A model generated the notes under the pieces. It was given only the letters and a program-made list of their open reading frames with translations. It was not told the DNA's origin and searched no databases. A program made the translations under genes and the position numbers. Shown in pieces: positions 18,825-29,200 of a stretch of 38,235 nt of DNA. Each line of letters begins with the position of its first letter. Position 1 is the first letter of the stretch. This DNA is from Vulcanimicrobiota bacterium (GTDB taxonomy: Bacteria > Vulcanimicrobiota > Vulcanimicrobiia > Vulcanimicrobiales > Vulcanimicrobiaceae): contig JABEUW010000007.1 of the NCBI GenBank assembly GCA_013043945.1, forward strand, positions 1-38,235, written 5' to 3'.

Positions 18825-20245
18825 TATTGGCCTTGACGCTCTTTCCCGTGCTCACGTTCGCACTAGCGGCGATTCCGCCAAAGCGTTCGCTGCGTCTCTT
18901 CGCGCGCGCACTTTTTTCCGTCGGAATAACCGTCGCGACGTTCGTGCTCGTGCCGCAGTTCGATGCACTCTCGGCAATCTTTGCCTGCACGGTCTCGACC
19001 TTAATGACTCTCGTCGTGCTCTTCTCCGGCGGCCTCTTTCCGACACCCTCGGGAGAGCATCGCCCACCCTGGTCGCGCCCGTCGGCATTCTTTTTACTCG
19101 TCGGCGCCTTTTGGAGTTCGATGCTCTTTGCCGTGACCGCGACGACGTTCGTCGGTCTTTGGGCAGGCATTACGGCGACGACGTTGGCGACGACCTTTCT
19201 CGTCGCTTACCTCGGCGGACGAACGGCGCTCGAAGCGGCGTGGAAGTATCTCATGCTCTGTAGTTTCGGCATCGCCGTAGCCTTGATCGGCGCTTTTATG
19301 CTCGCGCGCGCCGCAGGCGATGCCGGAATTCTCACCGGGGATCGCTTTTCATGGGGCGTACTCGCATTGCACGGTGCGCGGTTGAATACTCCGCTCGCGC
19401 GAACCGGATTGTTGCTGATGCTCGTCGGCTTTGCCACGAAGGCCGGGCTCGTGCCGATGCATGCGTGGCTTCCCGACGCGCATGCAAAAGCGCCCGCGCC
19501 GGTCAGCGCGATGCTCTCGGGGCTGTTGGTTTCTTGCGCGTTCTATGCAATCGTTCGGGTGCAGGAGGTGACGCTGCATACGAACGCCGCAGCGCTCTTC
19601 GAACACGTTCTACGAGATGGCGGCGCGCTCTCGTTGCTGCTCGGCGCCGCACTGATGCTCGCGCAGCGCGATATCAAGCGCCTGCTTTCGTATTCGACGA
19701 TCGAACATGCGGGTATCGTTGCGATTGCTTTAAGCCTCGCGACGCCGCTTGGGTATTTCATCGCCCTCTATCACCTGATCGATCATGCGTTTGTGAAGTC
19801 GCTCGCTTTCTTAAGCGTCGGCGTGGTACAGAACGAACAAGGTACGACCTCGATGGGGCACATCCGTGGGCTGCGTCGTCGCCCCGCCGGCATCGCATTG
19901 CTCTTCGCCGCGGTCGGTTTAGGCGGATTGCCGCCGGGGGGACTCTTCATCTCCGAGTTGCTCTTGATGCTGGCGTTGGTGAGTGGGGCACACTATTGGC
20001 TCGCGGTGCTTGCGGCGATCGCGTTGCTCGTCGGTTTCGCGGCGTTGCTGCGCTTCGCGATCGAGAGTGCGGCGGGTGTGCCCGCGGTAGCCGTCGAGCG
20101 TACCGGCCCTAAAGCGCTCCCCATCTACTCGAGCTTCGCTCTCTGGTGCGTCGGAGCCGGAGCGCTCGCTTTGGCGATCTTTCCGTTCCTTCCGCAGGCC
20201 GCGCGCTTGCTCGAACTTTCGCGAACGTTGGCCTCCGGTGGGTGA
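18821..20245 (+). CDS. HyfF/NuoM/N-like proton-conducting membrane subunit
   Basis: 474 aa. Motifs are GFATKAGLVPMHAWLPDAHAKAPAPVSAMLSGLLVS and LLSYSTIEHAG. Confidence 0.88.
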   Translation: MILALTLFPVLTFALAAIPPKRSLRLFARALFSVGITVATFVLVPQFDALSAIFACTVSTLMTLVVLFSGGLFPTPSGEHRPPWSRPSAFFLLVGAFWSSMLFAVTATTFVGLWAGITATTLATTFLVAYLGGRTALEAAWKYLMLCSFGIAVALIGAFMLARAAGDAGILTGDRFSWGVLALHGARLNTPLARTGLLLMLVGFATKAGLVPMHAWLPDAHAKAPAPVSAMLSGLLVSCAFYAIVRVQEVTLHTNAAALFEHVLRDGGALSLLLGAALMLAQRDIKRLLSYSTIEHAGIVAIALSLATPLGYFIALYHLIDHAFVKSLAFLSVGVVQNEQGTTSMGHIRGLRRRPAGIALLFAAVGLGGLPPGGLFISELLLMLALVSGAHYWLAVLAAIALLVGFAALLRFAIESAAGVPAVAVERTGPKALPIYSSFALWCVGAGALALAIFPFLPQAARLLELSRTLASGG

Positions 20246-21647
20246 TCTCTATCGCGAGCGAATCGTCGCTCCGGAAGAACTCTCCGCAGTGCTCGATGAA
20301 GCGATGCGCGACGCGCTGCCGTTAGGATGTTACGCGACGAAACGGACGGTTCGCACGCTGTTGCTTTCGAGCCTCGGCGTGCTCGCGCTCCGAACCTCTA
20401 TGAGAGAGGGAGAAGAATGGGAGTCGCTCGCATTCCGCTATCCGTTCTTCGCCGATCACGAGCGCGAGATGCGAGCGCTGCAGGGCATCGAACTACGTTC
20501 GAGCCCCGATATACGACCGCTCTATTTCCGCTCCGACGCGATTCCCGAGGCGATCGTCGCCAACGGAAAGGGCGTAAGCGTCGTCGTCGTCGGCCCCGTA
20601 CATGCCGGGATTATCGAGCCCGGGCGCTTTACGATGAGTACGGGCGGCGAGAGCGTGGTCCATCTCGACGCGCAGCTCTCCTATTCGCACCGCGCGCTCG
20701 AGCCGTGGTTTGAAGGCCAGCACGCACTCGCGCTCGTTCCGAAGATCGCACGCATCTGCGGCAATTGCAGCGTCGCCCGCTCTTGGGCGTACGCTCGCGC
20801 GATCGAAGGGCTCGCGGGGGTCGAACTCGACGCAGGTACGGAATTCGCGCGATTGATTCTCGCCGAGATGGAACGCCTGCACGTCCATCTCTTCGATCTC
20901 GGCAATATCGCGGCGGGAGCGGGATACGGCAAAGGAACGACTGCAGCACTGGGCCTGCGCGAGCGGATCAATCAACTCAATCGCGCCGTGAGCGGGCATC
21001 GCCTGCTCTTCGATAGCATCGTTCCCGGCGGCGTGAGTGCCGGAACCCTCTCGGATCCAGCGAGTGCTCGCGCGATTCTTCGCGAGATCAGAGAGGACGT
21101 CGTTCGATTCCTCGATGCGTTTTTTGCCAAACGCTCGGTGCTGCGACGTCTCGAGGGAGCGGGGATCGTCGAAGAATCGTTGGCCCGACGCTTCGGTGCG
21201 GTCGGCCCGAGTGCGCGTGCATCGGGAATAGCGTGCGACGTTCGCGCGCTCGCTCCCTACGGTGCGTATCGCGGCTTCTCGTTCGCCGAAGTCCTGACGC
21301 ACCAAGGCGACGTGTACGCGCGTACTGAGGTTCGGAGGCGCGAAATTGAGCATTCCTTCGATCTTCTCGAACGCGCACTCCGAGAGTTGGAGGACGCCTC
21401 GTTGCCGATGCCGCTGCCGATCGCCGCGCCCTCCGGCATTATAACGACGGTTGTGGAGGGGGCGCGCGGAGCAGAAAGCCTCTCGCTCTCACTCGACGGC
21501 GAGGGCCGGGTCGAACGGTTGCACGTTATTTCCGCAGCATATCGGAACTGGCCGCTCGTGACGCGAGCGATGGAAGGGAATATCGTGCCGGATTTTCCGC
21601 TCGTGAATAAGAGCTTCAATCTCTGTTATTCGTGCGTGGATCGCTAA
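20238..21647 (+). CDS. Group-4 [NiFe]-hydrogenase large subunit-like protein (HycE/HyfG/NuoD family with a short NuoC-like N-terminus)
   Basis: 469 aa. Motifs are FFADHEREMRALQGIEL (NuoC-like), GPVHAGIIEPGRF, RICGNCSVARS (Cys174/Cys177) and the C-terminal NLCYSCVDR (Cys463/Cys466), which ends the protein. The GTG start overlaps the upstream gene by 8 nt. Confidence 0.88.
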   Translation: MGDLYRERIVAPEELSAVLDEAMRDALPLGCYATKRTVRTLLLSSLGVLALRTSMREGEEWESLAFRYPFFADHEREMRALQGIELRSSPDIRPLYFRSDAIPEAIVANGKGVSVVVVGPVHAGIIEPGRFTMSTGGESVVHLDAQLSYSHRALEPWFEGQHALALVPKIARICGNCSVARSWAYARAIEGLAGVELDAGTEFARLILAEMERLHVHLFDLGNIAAGAGYGKGTTAALGLRERINQLNRAVSGHRLLFDSIVPGGVSAGTLSDPASARAILREIREDVVRFLDAFFAKRSVLRRLEGAGIVEESLARRFGAVGPSARASGIACDVRALAPYGAYRGFSFAEVLTHQGDVYARTEVRRREIEHSFDLLERALRELEDASLPMPLPIAAPSGIITTVVEGARGAESLSLSLDGEGRVERLHVISAAYRNWPLVTRAMEGNIVPDFPLVNKSFNLCYSCVDR

Positions 21648-21649
21648 CG

Positions 21650-22072
21650 ATGGCGCAGAGAAGGTTCGCGCGCTCGCTCGCCATCCGGCATCTCGTCTGC
21701 GGAAGTTGCAACGGCTGCGAGTTGGAGATGAATGCGCTCGCCGCGCCGCAATACGATATTTCACAAGAAGGCTGGAGTATCGTCGCCTCACCGCGTCATG
21801 CCGACCTTATCACCGTCACCGGGCCGATGACCGAGGCGATGCGCCTCGCCGCACGGAGGACGCTCGACGCTGCGGCCGAGCCCGCGCTCGTCGTTGCCGT
21901 CGGCGATTGCGCGAGCGGGGAGGGTGCGTGGTGCGGTGCGGGGAGCGCCGGCGCCGGTGCGGGAGTAGAATTGAACGCCTCGATCGTCGTGCGCGGCTGT
22001 CCGCCGACACCCGATGCGCTGCGCGAGGGCTTGCGCGCCGCTGCGACATTGCTCGACGAAAGGAATTCGTAA
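21650..22072 (+). CDS. [NiFe]-hydrogenase small subunit-like protein (HycG/HyfI/NuoB family)
   Basis: CGSCNGCELEM, SPRHADLITVTGP, GDCA and RGCPP give the four-Cys [4Fe-4S] ligand pattern of NuoB/HycG. I chose the ATG at 21650; the in-frame GTG at 21632 is the alternative. Confidence 0.85.
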   Translation: MAQRRFARSLAIRHLVCGSCNGCELEMNALAAPQYDISQEGWSIVASPRHADLITVTGPMTEAMRLAARRTLDAAAEPALVVAVGDCASGEGAWCGAGSAGAGAGVELNASIVVRGCPPTPDALREGLRAAATLLDERNS

Positions 22073-22102
22073 CGGCTTTCGCCAAGGGAAGAGGTCGCCC
22101 TT

Positions 22103-25100
22103 ATGCATCTCGACCTTACCGTACTTCAAGCATCGTTCGATGCGCCCACGCTCACGCGGGGACGCGATTATTTCGAACGTCGCCGAGTGCTGCAACTCGA
22201 AGTCGGAGCCGAGGCGATCGACGCTCGCGTCATCGGGACGCAGCAGCAACCCTATTCCGTCCACGTGCGTGCGGTCGGCTCGAACGGTACGACGCGTCTG
22301 CTCGCTCGCTGCTCCTGCCCGGTCGGAAGTAACTGCAAGCACGCAGCGGCGGTCGCGCTCGCGGCGATCGCCGCGCGTTCGACGGGGCGTAAACGCGATG
22401 CCGCCGATGGGGCGATCGAGAGTTGGATCGAGAACGTTAACGCCGTCACCGCGAATAAACGGCGCGAATTACATCGCGAGCACGTGCGCTACGTGATTTC
22501 GATCGAAGAGCGCTTCTTCGTACCCTCGTTCTCGTTACAGGCCTTCGTCGTCCCGTTGCTGCGCAGCGGGGCATTAGGAACCGCGCGCCGATACGAACTC
22601 CAGCATCTCGCAGCGGGCAGCGCGAAGCACCTACAACCACTCGACCGCACGATCGGTCGCCTCGTCGGAGCGAGCGGCCTCCTCGGTGGAATGAACGCAC
22701 TCTCGCCGACCATTCTCGGCACGCTGCTCGAGTTGCTGGTCGATAGCGAGCGCGTTCACTGGCAAACGCTCGAAAACGAGGCGATACGGCGCGAAGATCT
22801 GCCCGACGCGCGCATGGCATGGCGCATCGACGATGACGAACGGCAGCGTCCGCATCTCCTCGGACGCCCCGGAAGCGTGCTCGTTGGTGCGATCCCCCTC
22901 TGGTACGTCGACCCCGACCGCAACGTTGCGGGACGCGCGCAGAGCGATCTCGCGCCCGATCTTGCCGCGGTGCTCGCCGGGGCGCCCGCGATGACTGCCG
23001 AGCATGCGAAACGCGTGCAGGTCGCGTTGCGTCGCGTCTTTTCGAGCGCCGCAATCGACGGCCCGCAGGCCCAGCTCGACGTACGCGTCATCGAGCGCGA
23101 CCCTATCCCCGTGCTCCACCTCGGGCGTGCGCGGACGGGTGCGACCGCCGACCTCGAATTTCTCTATGGCGATAATCGCATCTCTCCCGATAGCAACGAG
23201 AGCGAATTTCGTATCGCCGAGGGCGAGGGCGGCGCGCTCTGGCCGCGGCAGCGCGCCTTCGAGGAGCGCGCGAGCGAACGCTTACACGCGATCGGCTTTT
23301 TGGCGATCCCACGCTCCTTCGAGTTCGAAAACGAGGAGCGCCGCGCGATCTTTCGCCTCGGTGCCGAGGAGAGTTCGTACGCATGGGCGCGCTTCTTAGG
23401 GTATACCGCTCCGCTCTTGCGAACCGAGGGCTGGAGAGTGGAGATCGATGCGGAGTTTCCGCATGAGATCGTCGAGTTTTCCGAGGACTGGCAAGCCGAT
23501 ATCGAACCCGACGCGCACCGTACGGGATGGTTTGAGATCGACCTGGGCATCGAAGTCGACGGCGAGCGGATACCCTTGCTGCCGATAATCGTCGAAGCAC
23601 TTGCAGCGAATGGGATCGCCGCTACCGACGATCTCTCGGCGATCGCTTCGCGGAGCGAGCCGATCTTCGGGCGCCTGCCGAGCGGCGCGTACGTCGCGCT
23701 TCCCCCGGCACGCGTCGCCCGCGTGTTGGCGACGCTCGTCGATCTCTTTGACGGCGAGCATGCATTGGTGGAGGGCGAACGTATCGCGCTCCCGGCCGCG
23801 CGCGCGATATCGCTCGCCGAAATCGATGGGACGATTCTCCGACGCGGTGCGGTTACCGATGCCTTCGGCGGTTTTATCGAGGGCCTGAACGATCTCGGCG
23901 CGCACGCACCGGTGCTGCCGGGAAACTTTCATGCCGAACTGCGTCCGTACCAGCGCGACGGCGTTGCGTGGATGCAGTTACTGCGCACGCACGGTTTCGG
24001 CGGCATACTCGCCGACGACATGGGACTCGGCAAAACGGTGCAGCTGCTCGCACACGTGGCGATGGAGAAGGCGGCGGGGCGCTTGCGCAAACCCGTACTT
24101 ATCGTCGCACCGACGAGCGTCGTTCCGAACTGGCGGGCCGAAATAACGCGCTTCACCCCGGAGCTGCGCGTCCTCGTTCTCAGCGGTCCCGACCGAGCCC
24201 GCTACTTCTCGGAAATCGCGAACGTCGACGTCGTTTTGAGCACCTACGCCCTCTTAGTCCGCGATGCAGAGGAGTTGCACGCTCACGAGTGGTCGATTGC
24301 GGTGCTCGACGAGGCGCAAGCGATTAAAAACCCGCGTGCCAAGGCGGCAATTTCTGCTACGAAGTTGCATGCGGAGCAACGCGTTGCGATGACCGGAACG
24401 CCGATCGAGAATAATTTAGAAGAACTGTGGTCGATCTACGCCTTCGCGCTGCCGGGACTTCTCGGAACGCGGAGTTCCTTCGCGCGATTTTTTCGGACGC
24501 CGATCGAAAAACGTGGCGACGTATTACGGCGTAGCGCGTTAGGGAAGCGCCTTCACCCCTTTCTCATGCGTCGTACGAAGGAAGATGTCGCGCGCGATCT
24601 TCCCGAGAAGACGGAGATCGTCCATCGTATCGAACTCGGCGGAGCGCAGCGCGATCTTTACGAAACGATTCGCCTGGCGATGCATAAGCGCGTCCGTGAT
24701 GAAGTAGCGAAGCGTGGGCTCGCGCGCAGCCGAATCGTGGTACTCGACGCGCTCCTGAAACTGCGGCAGGTCTGCTGCGATCCGCGATTGCTCGATCTCG
24801 AAGCCGCGCGCAGCGTGAAAGAATCGCAGAAGCTCGACGCGCTCTTCGAGATGCTCGAAAGCCTCATCGCCGACGGGCGGCGCATCCTTCTTTTTTCGCA
24901 ATTTACGTCGATGCTCGATCTCATCAAGCCGGAATTAGCGAAGCGCGACATGCCGTTCGTCGAGATTCGCGGCGCGACGCGCGACCGCGAGACTCCGGTG
25001 AAGCGCTTCCAAAATCGTGAAGTACCGCTCTTCTTGATTAGCCTCAAGGCCGGCGGTACCGGGCTCAATCTCACGGCTGCCGATACGGTGATTCACTACG

Positions 25101-25327
25101 ACCCGTGGTGGAACCCGGCGGTGGAGCGCCAGGCGACCGACCGCGCGCATCGCATCGGTCAAGAGCAGCACGTTTTCGTCTATAAGCTTATCGCCGAGGG
25201 CACCGTCGAAGAACGGATTCTCGAGTTACAGGCGCGCAAGGGCGAACTCGCTGCGAGCCAATTCGCCGATGCATCGAGCGCGCCGCTACCACTCGATGCC
25301 GCCGATATCGAGCGTCTCTTCAGCTAA
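22103..25327 (+). CDS. SWIM zinc-finger / SNF2-family helicase (HelZ/YwqA-like)
   Basis: 1074 aa. The SWIM motif is CSCPVGSNCKH (nt 22310-22342). SNF2_N motifs are LRPYQRDGVAWM, ILADDMGLGKT and DEAQAIKNP. Helicase_C motifs are LISLKAGGTGLNLT and QATDRAHRIGQ. GGGAAGAGG RBS. Confidence 0.92.
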   Translation: MHLDLTVLQASFDAPTLTRGRDYFERRRVLQLEVGAEAIDARVIGTQQQPYSVHVRAVGSNGTTRLLARCSCPVGSNCKHAAAVALAAIAARSTGRKRDAADGAIESWIENVNAVTANKRRELHREHVRYVISIEERFFVPSFSLQAFVVPLLRSGALGTARRYELQHLAAGSAKHLQPLDRTIGRLVGASGLLGGMNALSPTILGTLLELLVDSERVHWQTLENEAIRREDLPDARMAWRIDDDERQRPHLLGRPGSVLVGAIPLWYVDPDRNVAGRAQSDLAPDLAAVLAGAPAMTAEHAKRVQVALRRVFSSAAIDGPQAQLDVRVIERDPIPVLHLGRARTGATADLEFLYGDNRISPDSNESEFRIAEGEGGALWPRQRAFEERASERLHAIGFLAIPRSFEFENEERRAIFRLGAEESSYAWARFLGYTAPLLRTEGWRVEIDAEFPHEIVEFSEDWQADIEPDAHRTGWFEIDLGIEVDGERIPLLPIIVEALAANGIAATDDLSAIASRSEPIFGRLPSGAYVALPPARVARVLATLVDLFDGEHALVEGERIALPAARAISLAEIDGTILRRGAVTDAFGGFIEGLNDLGAHAPVLPGNFHAELRPYQRDGVAWMQLLRTHGFGGILADDMGLGKTVQLLAHVAMEKAAGRLRKPVLIVAPTSVVPNWRAEITRFTPELRVLVLSGPDRARYFSEIANVDVVLSTYALLVRDAEELHAHEWSIAVLDEAQAIKNPRAKAAISATKLHAEQRVAMTGTPIENNLEELWSIYAFALPGLLGTRSSFARFFRTPIEKRGDVLRRSALGKRLHPFLMRRTKEDVARDLPEKTEIVHRIELGGAQRDLYETIRLAMHKRVRDEVAKRGLARSRIVVLDALLKLRQVCCDPRLLDLEAARSVKESQKLDALFEMLESLIADGRRILLFSQFTSMLDLIKPELAKRDMPFVEIRGATRDRETPVKRFQNREVPLFLISLKAGGTGLNLTAADTVIHYDPWWNPAVERQATDRAHRIGQEQHVFVYKLIAEGTVEERILELQARKGELAASQFADASSAPLPLDAADIERLFS

Positions 25328-25329
25328 GC

Positions 25330-26238
25330 ATGCTCGAGAGATTCGTGCTACGCAAGAACTGCGTCGCCGTCGCGCTCGTGCTGATGCTTTCGCTCGCAGG
25401 GTGCGGTGGAGCTGGTGGAAGCGGTGGAGGGAGCGCGAACGTACTCCCCAGCTCCGCGCCTTCGCCGATTGCATCGAGCGGCGCGACACCGCAGTACGTC
25501 GGGTATTGGGACGACTGGGAGCAAACGCCCTGGAGCGCAGTCCCGCGGGGTGTCACGACACTCATCTATGCCTTCGATTTCGTCGCCGGGCACAGCGTGG
25601 TACCCGACGGCAATTCGCCGGGCTACCTAACCGCCGCTGCGGTCGCCGCACTCCACCAGCGCGGCATAAAAGTCTTGCTCTCGCTCGGCGGCGGGAGCCC
25701 TTCGACGGCATTCGTTTTCGACGGCGATACGAAAGACTTTGAGACGAACCTGATCTCCGTGCTGCAGCAGTACGGTTTCGACGGCGTCGATTTCGACGAC
25801 GAATCGGGGACGCAGGCTCAACGCGTTGCCGCATTGGAGAGCTTGATTCCCGCAACCCGCGCGGCATTTACCGCCAACGGCATCGGCAACGATCTCATTA
25901 CGCTCGCGGCCTTCGATACGCCGACGAGCTTTGGAGATGGAACCGTGCTCGCCGCACCCGGCGTCGCTGGCGCGCTCTCCTGGGTGAACGTCATGAGTTA
26001 CGATTACACGGCGGCACAGAGCGATCTCGCAAGCTTTGCGCTCGTGTTTCCGCCGGCCCAGTTGATGCTTGGGAGCGATATTGATGGGGACGTGCCGATT
26101 CCATCGAATGCAACGCTCGAATCGCTCGCAGCCTGGGTGAAGAATAACGGCTACGGCGGAATGATGGTTTGGACCGTCAACGACGCAACCGTCGCCCAAA
26201 ACCAGGCGATTGAAAACGGGTTGACGACCGGGAAATAG
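25330..26238 (+). CDS. GH18 glycoside hydrolase lipoprotein (chitinase / endo-beta-N-acetylglucosaminidase-like)
   Basis: 302 aa with lipobox LSLAGC. Motifs are YVGYWDDW, LLSLGGG, the catalytic DxxDxDxE as DGVDFDDE, and MSYDY. The start lies 2 nt after the SNF2 stop. Confidence 0.85.
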   Translation: MLERFVLRKNCVAVALVLMLSLAGCGGAGGSGGGSANVLPSSAPSPIASSGATPQYVGYWDDWEQTPWSAVPRGVTTLIYAFDFVAGHSVVPDGNSPGYLTAAAVAALHQRGIKVLLSLGGGSPSTAFVFDGDTKDFETNLISVLQQYGFDGVDFDDESGTQAQRVAALESLIPATRAAFTANGIGNDLITLAAFDTPTSFGDGTVLAAPGVAGALSWVNVMSYDYTAAQSDLASFALVFPPAQLMLGSDIDGDVPIPSNATLESLAAWVKNNGYGGMMVWTVNDATVAQNQAIENGLTTGK

Positions 26239-26277
26239 CCTCGCCGCGACGTAACCTCCGGAGTTGGAGGACTCCCC

Positions 26278-29200
26278 GTGAAACGTTGGTGGTTACTACC
26301 CGGCGCGTTGATCGCCCTCATCCCTCTCGCTACGCTCGGCGCGGCGCGCTTGCCTCGGTCGCCGTATGCTGCGCTCGCTTTTCGATCGATCGGGCCGGCG
26401 ATCGCCGGCGGCCGCGTTCCAGCCGTCGCTGGAAGTGCGCAACATCCGAACCTCTATTATATCGGCACCGCGGGTGGTGGAGTGTGGAAGAGCGTCAACG
26501 GCGGGGCAACCTGGAGCGACGTTTTTGCGAAGGAACCCGTCGCATCGATCGGGGCGATTGCGATCGATCCGCGCAACGCGAAGACCGTCTGGGTCGGTAC
26601 CGGCGAGAGCAACCCGCGCAACGACGTCATTCGTGGAGATGGCCTCTATAAGAGCATCGACGGCGGCAAAACCTGGAAGAACGTCGGTTTGCGCGAGAGC
26701 GGACATATCGCGGCGATCGTCGTCGACCCAACCGATTCCAATCACGTTGTCGTTGCCGTTCTCGGCGATGTCTTTCGCGATAGCCTCCATCGCGGCGTCT
26801 ACGTCACCTTCGACGGGGGAAAGAGCTGGGAAAAAACGCTCTACCTCGCTCCCGATAGCGGTGCGAGCGACCTCGCGATGGATCCGAAGGATCCGCAGAT
26901 TCTTTATGCGGGCATGTGGGAGTTTCGTCGTCAACCCTGGACCTTTTCGAGCGGTGGCCCCCACGGCGGCCTCTATAAATCCGTCGACGGCGGGAAGAGT
27001 TGGAAGCGTATCGTGGGCAATGGTTTTCCCACGGGGATCACCGGACGCATCGGTCTCGCAATCGCGCCGAGCAATCCGAAACGCATCTATGCGTTGATTC
27101 AATCGCGGAAGGGCGTACTCTGGCGCTCGGACGATGCCGGAACGCATTGGACGCGACTCTTCTCGGGGACGCTGATCGACCAGCGACCGTTCTATTTTAC
27201 CCACCTTGCCGTCGATCCCAAAAATGAAAATCGCGTCTATACGCTCTCGATGAATCTTGCTCTGAGCACCGATGCCGGAAAAACGTTCAAACGCTTCGGG
27301 CGCGGCGTGCACGCCGATGCGCACGCGATTTGGATCGACCCTTCCAACGGCAAGCGCTTTATGATCGGCGACGATGGCGGCTTCGCACTAACGCTCGACC
27401 GCGGCAAGCATTTCACGTTCACGCGCAATCTCCCGATCGAGCAGGTCTACCACGTTGGGCTCTCCACCGCTCGTCCCTTTATGCTCTGTGCGGCGCTGCA
27501 AGATAACGAAGCGTTCTGCGGGCCTTCGAATTCGCGATCGTTCGACGGTATTACCGGGCGCGACTGGCGCGTAACGGTCGGCGGCGACGGGATGTGGGCG
27601 GTGCCCGACCCGGCGAATTCACGCTACGTGTTCGCCGATTCCGAAGACGGCTATTTGATACGCTACGATTGGAAGGATGAAGATTTCCGATACGTCGGCC
27701 CCTACAACGCGACCTCGGCGGCTCGCTTCGATTTGCGTCTCGCCAAGTATCGCTTTAATTGGGATTCGCCGATCGCCTTCGCGCCTTGGAACCCGCACGT
27801 CATGTGGTACGGCGGCGACGTCGTCTTTCAGAGCACGGATCGCGGCGAGCACTGGGTGGCGATTAGCCCCGATCTCACGTTGAATATAAAATCGCACCAA
27901 GCGCCATCGGGTGGTCCGATTACCAAGGATGTCTTCGGCACCGAATACTCCGACACGATTCTCGATATCGAGGGCTCGACGGTTGCGAAGGGCGAGATCT
28001 GGGTCGGCACCGACGACGGCCTCGTGCAGCTCACGCGCGACGGAGGCAAAACGTGGGAAAATGTCACGCCCCCCGGCCTCGCGCCGTTCGGGCGCGTGGA
28101 GACGGTCGCTCCCTCACCCTTCGCCGCCGGTACCGCATACGCCGTCCTCGATCGGCATCGCTCCGGCGACGACGCACCGTACGCGTTCGTCACGACCGAT
28201 TTCGGTAAACATTGGCGCAAAATCGTCGCGGGGATACCGCCGACGCAATTCGTGCGGACGATTCGCCCCGACCCGGTCAATCCGCACGTGTTGTATCTGG
28301 GCACCGATCGCGGCCTCTATATCAGTTTCGACGGCGGAACGCGTTGGCAGAATCTGCGCAACAACATTCCGGTCACAAGCTTCCGCGATCTTCGCATCGC
28401 ACCACGCGAACGCGACCTCGTTGCTGCAACGCATGGCCGCGGCCTCTGGATCTTCGACGACCTGACGCCGCTCGAACGCCTTCGGGCAGCACAACGCGCG
28501 GGCTTCATGCTCTTTCACCCGCGGACGACCTACCGATGGGTGCTGCACTCAAACCAAGAGGGGCTCTACGGACGATTCTCCGGGAAGAATCCCCCGGCGG
28601 GTGCGCTGATTTCGTACTACCAACGCACGGCTTCGACGACGCCGCCGACCCTGCAGATCTACGACGCAGCGGGTCATCTGGTGCGCACGATCTTCGGCAC
28701 GCATAAGGTCGGGAAAAAACACGTCGCGCGCATTTCGAATCGGCCCGGTATCAATCGTTACGTCTGGGATCTCAACGCAACGCCGGCGTTGCAATGGAAG
28801 GGCGCAGCACCAGCCTTTCGCGTGCAGTCGGGGCCACCGGTTCCACCGGGAGTCTACACGCTGCGGCTCACCGCCGACGGGCATACGGCCGCGACCACGG
28901 TGACGCTGAAAGCCGATCCACGCTCGCCGTGGAGGCAAGCCGATTACGAACGCGCCTTTCGCTTCAACCTTCGATACGTGGACGTGACCTCGGCGATCGA
29001 CAGAGTGCTCAATAACCTTGATGCGATGGGGAGGTCGCTCGGCAAAGCGCGAGCGTCAACGCGCGATGCAGCCCTGCGCGCGGCGATCGAGAGCGCGATG
29101 AAGGAGCGGAGCGCCGTCTTTGCGGCATTTACCGCGAACTACCGCAACGGCGAAGATTTCGCGCTTCGTGCGGGATCGTTGCGCGAAGACTTGCCCGCGG

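Noticed and set aside
20238-22072. The NuoD/NuoB-like pair as part of respiratory complex I
   Set aside because: All four Ni-Fe-ligating cysteines are retained in the large subunit. There are no NuoA/E/F/G/I/J genes, and the membrane set is Hyf-type (B, C, E, F).
22103-25327. SWIM-SNF2 helicase as part of an anti-phage defence system (DISARM/Zorya/BREX-like)
   Set aside because: No partner genes (methyltransferase, PLD or other nuclease, ZorABC, DUF1998, etc.) lie nearby. Single SWIM-SNF2 proteins of this length are, as far as I know, widespread housekeeping-type genes such as HelZ/YwqA.
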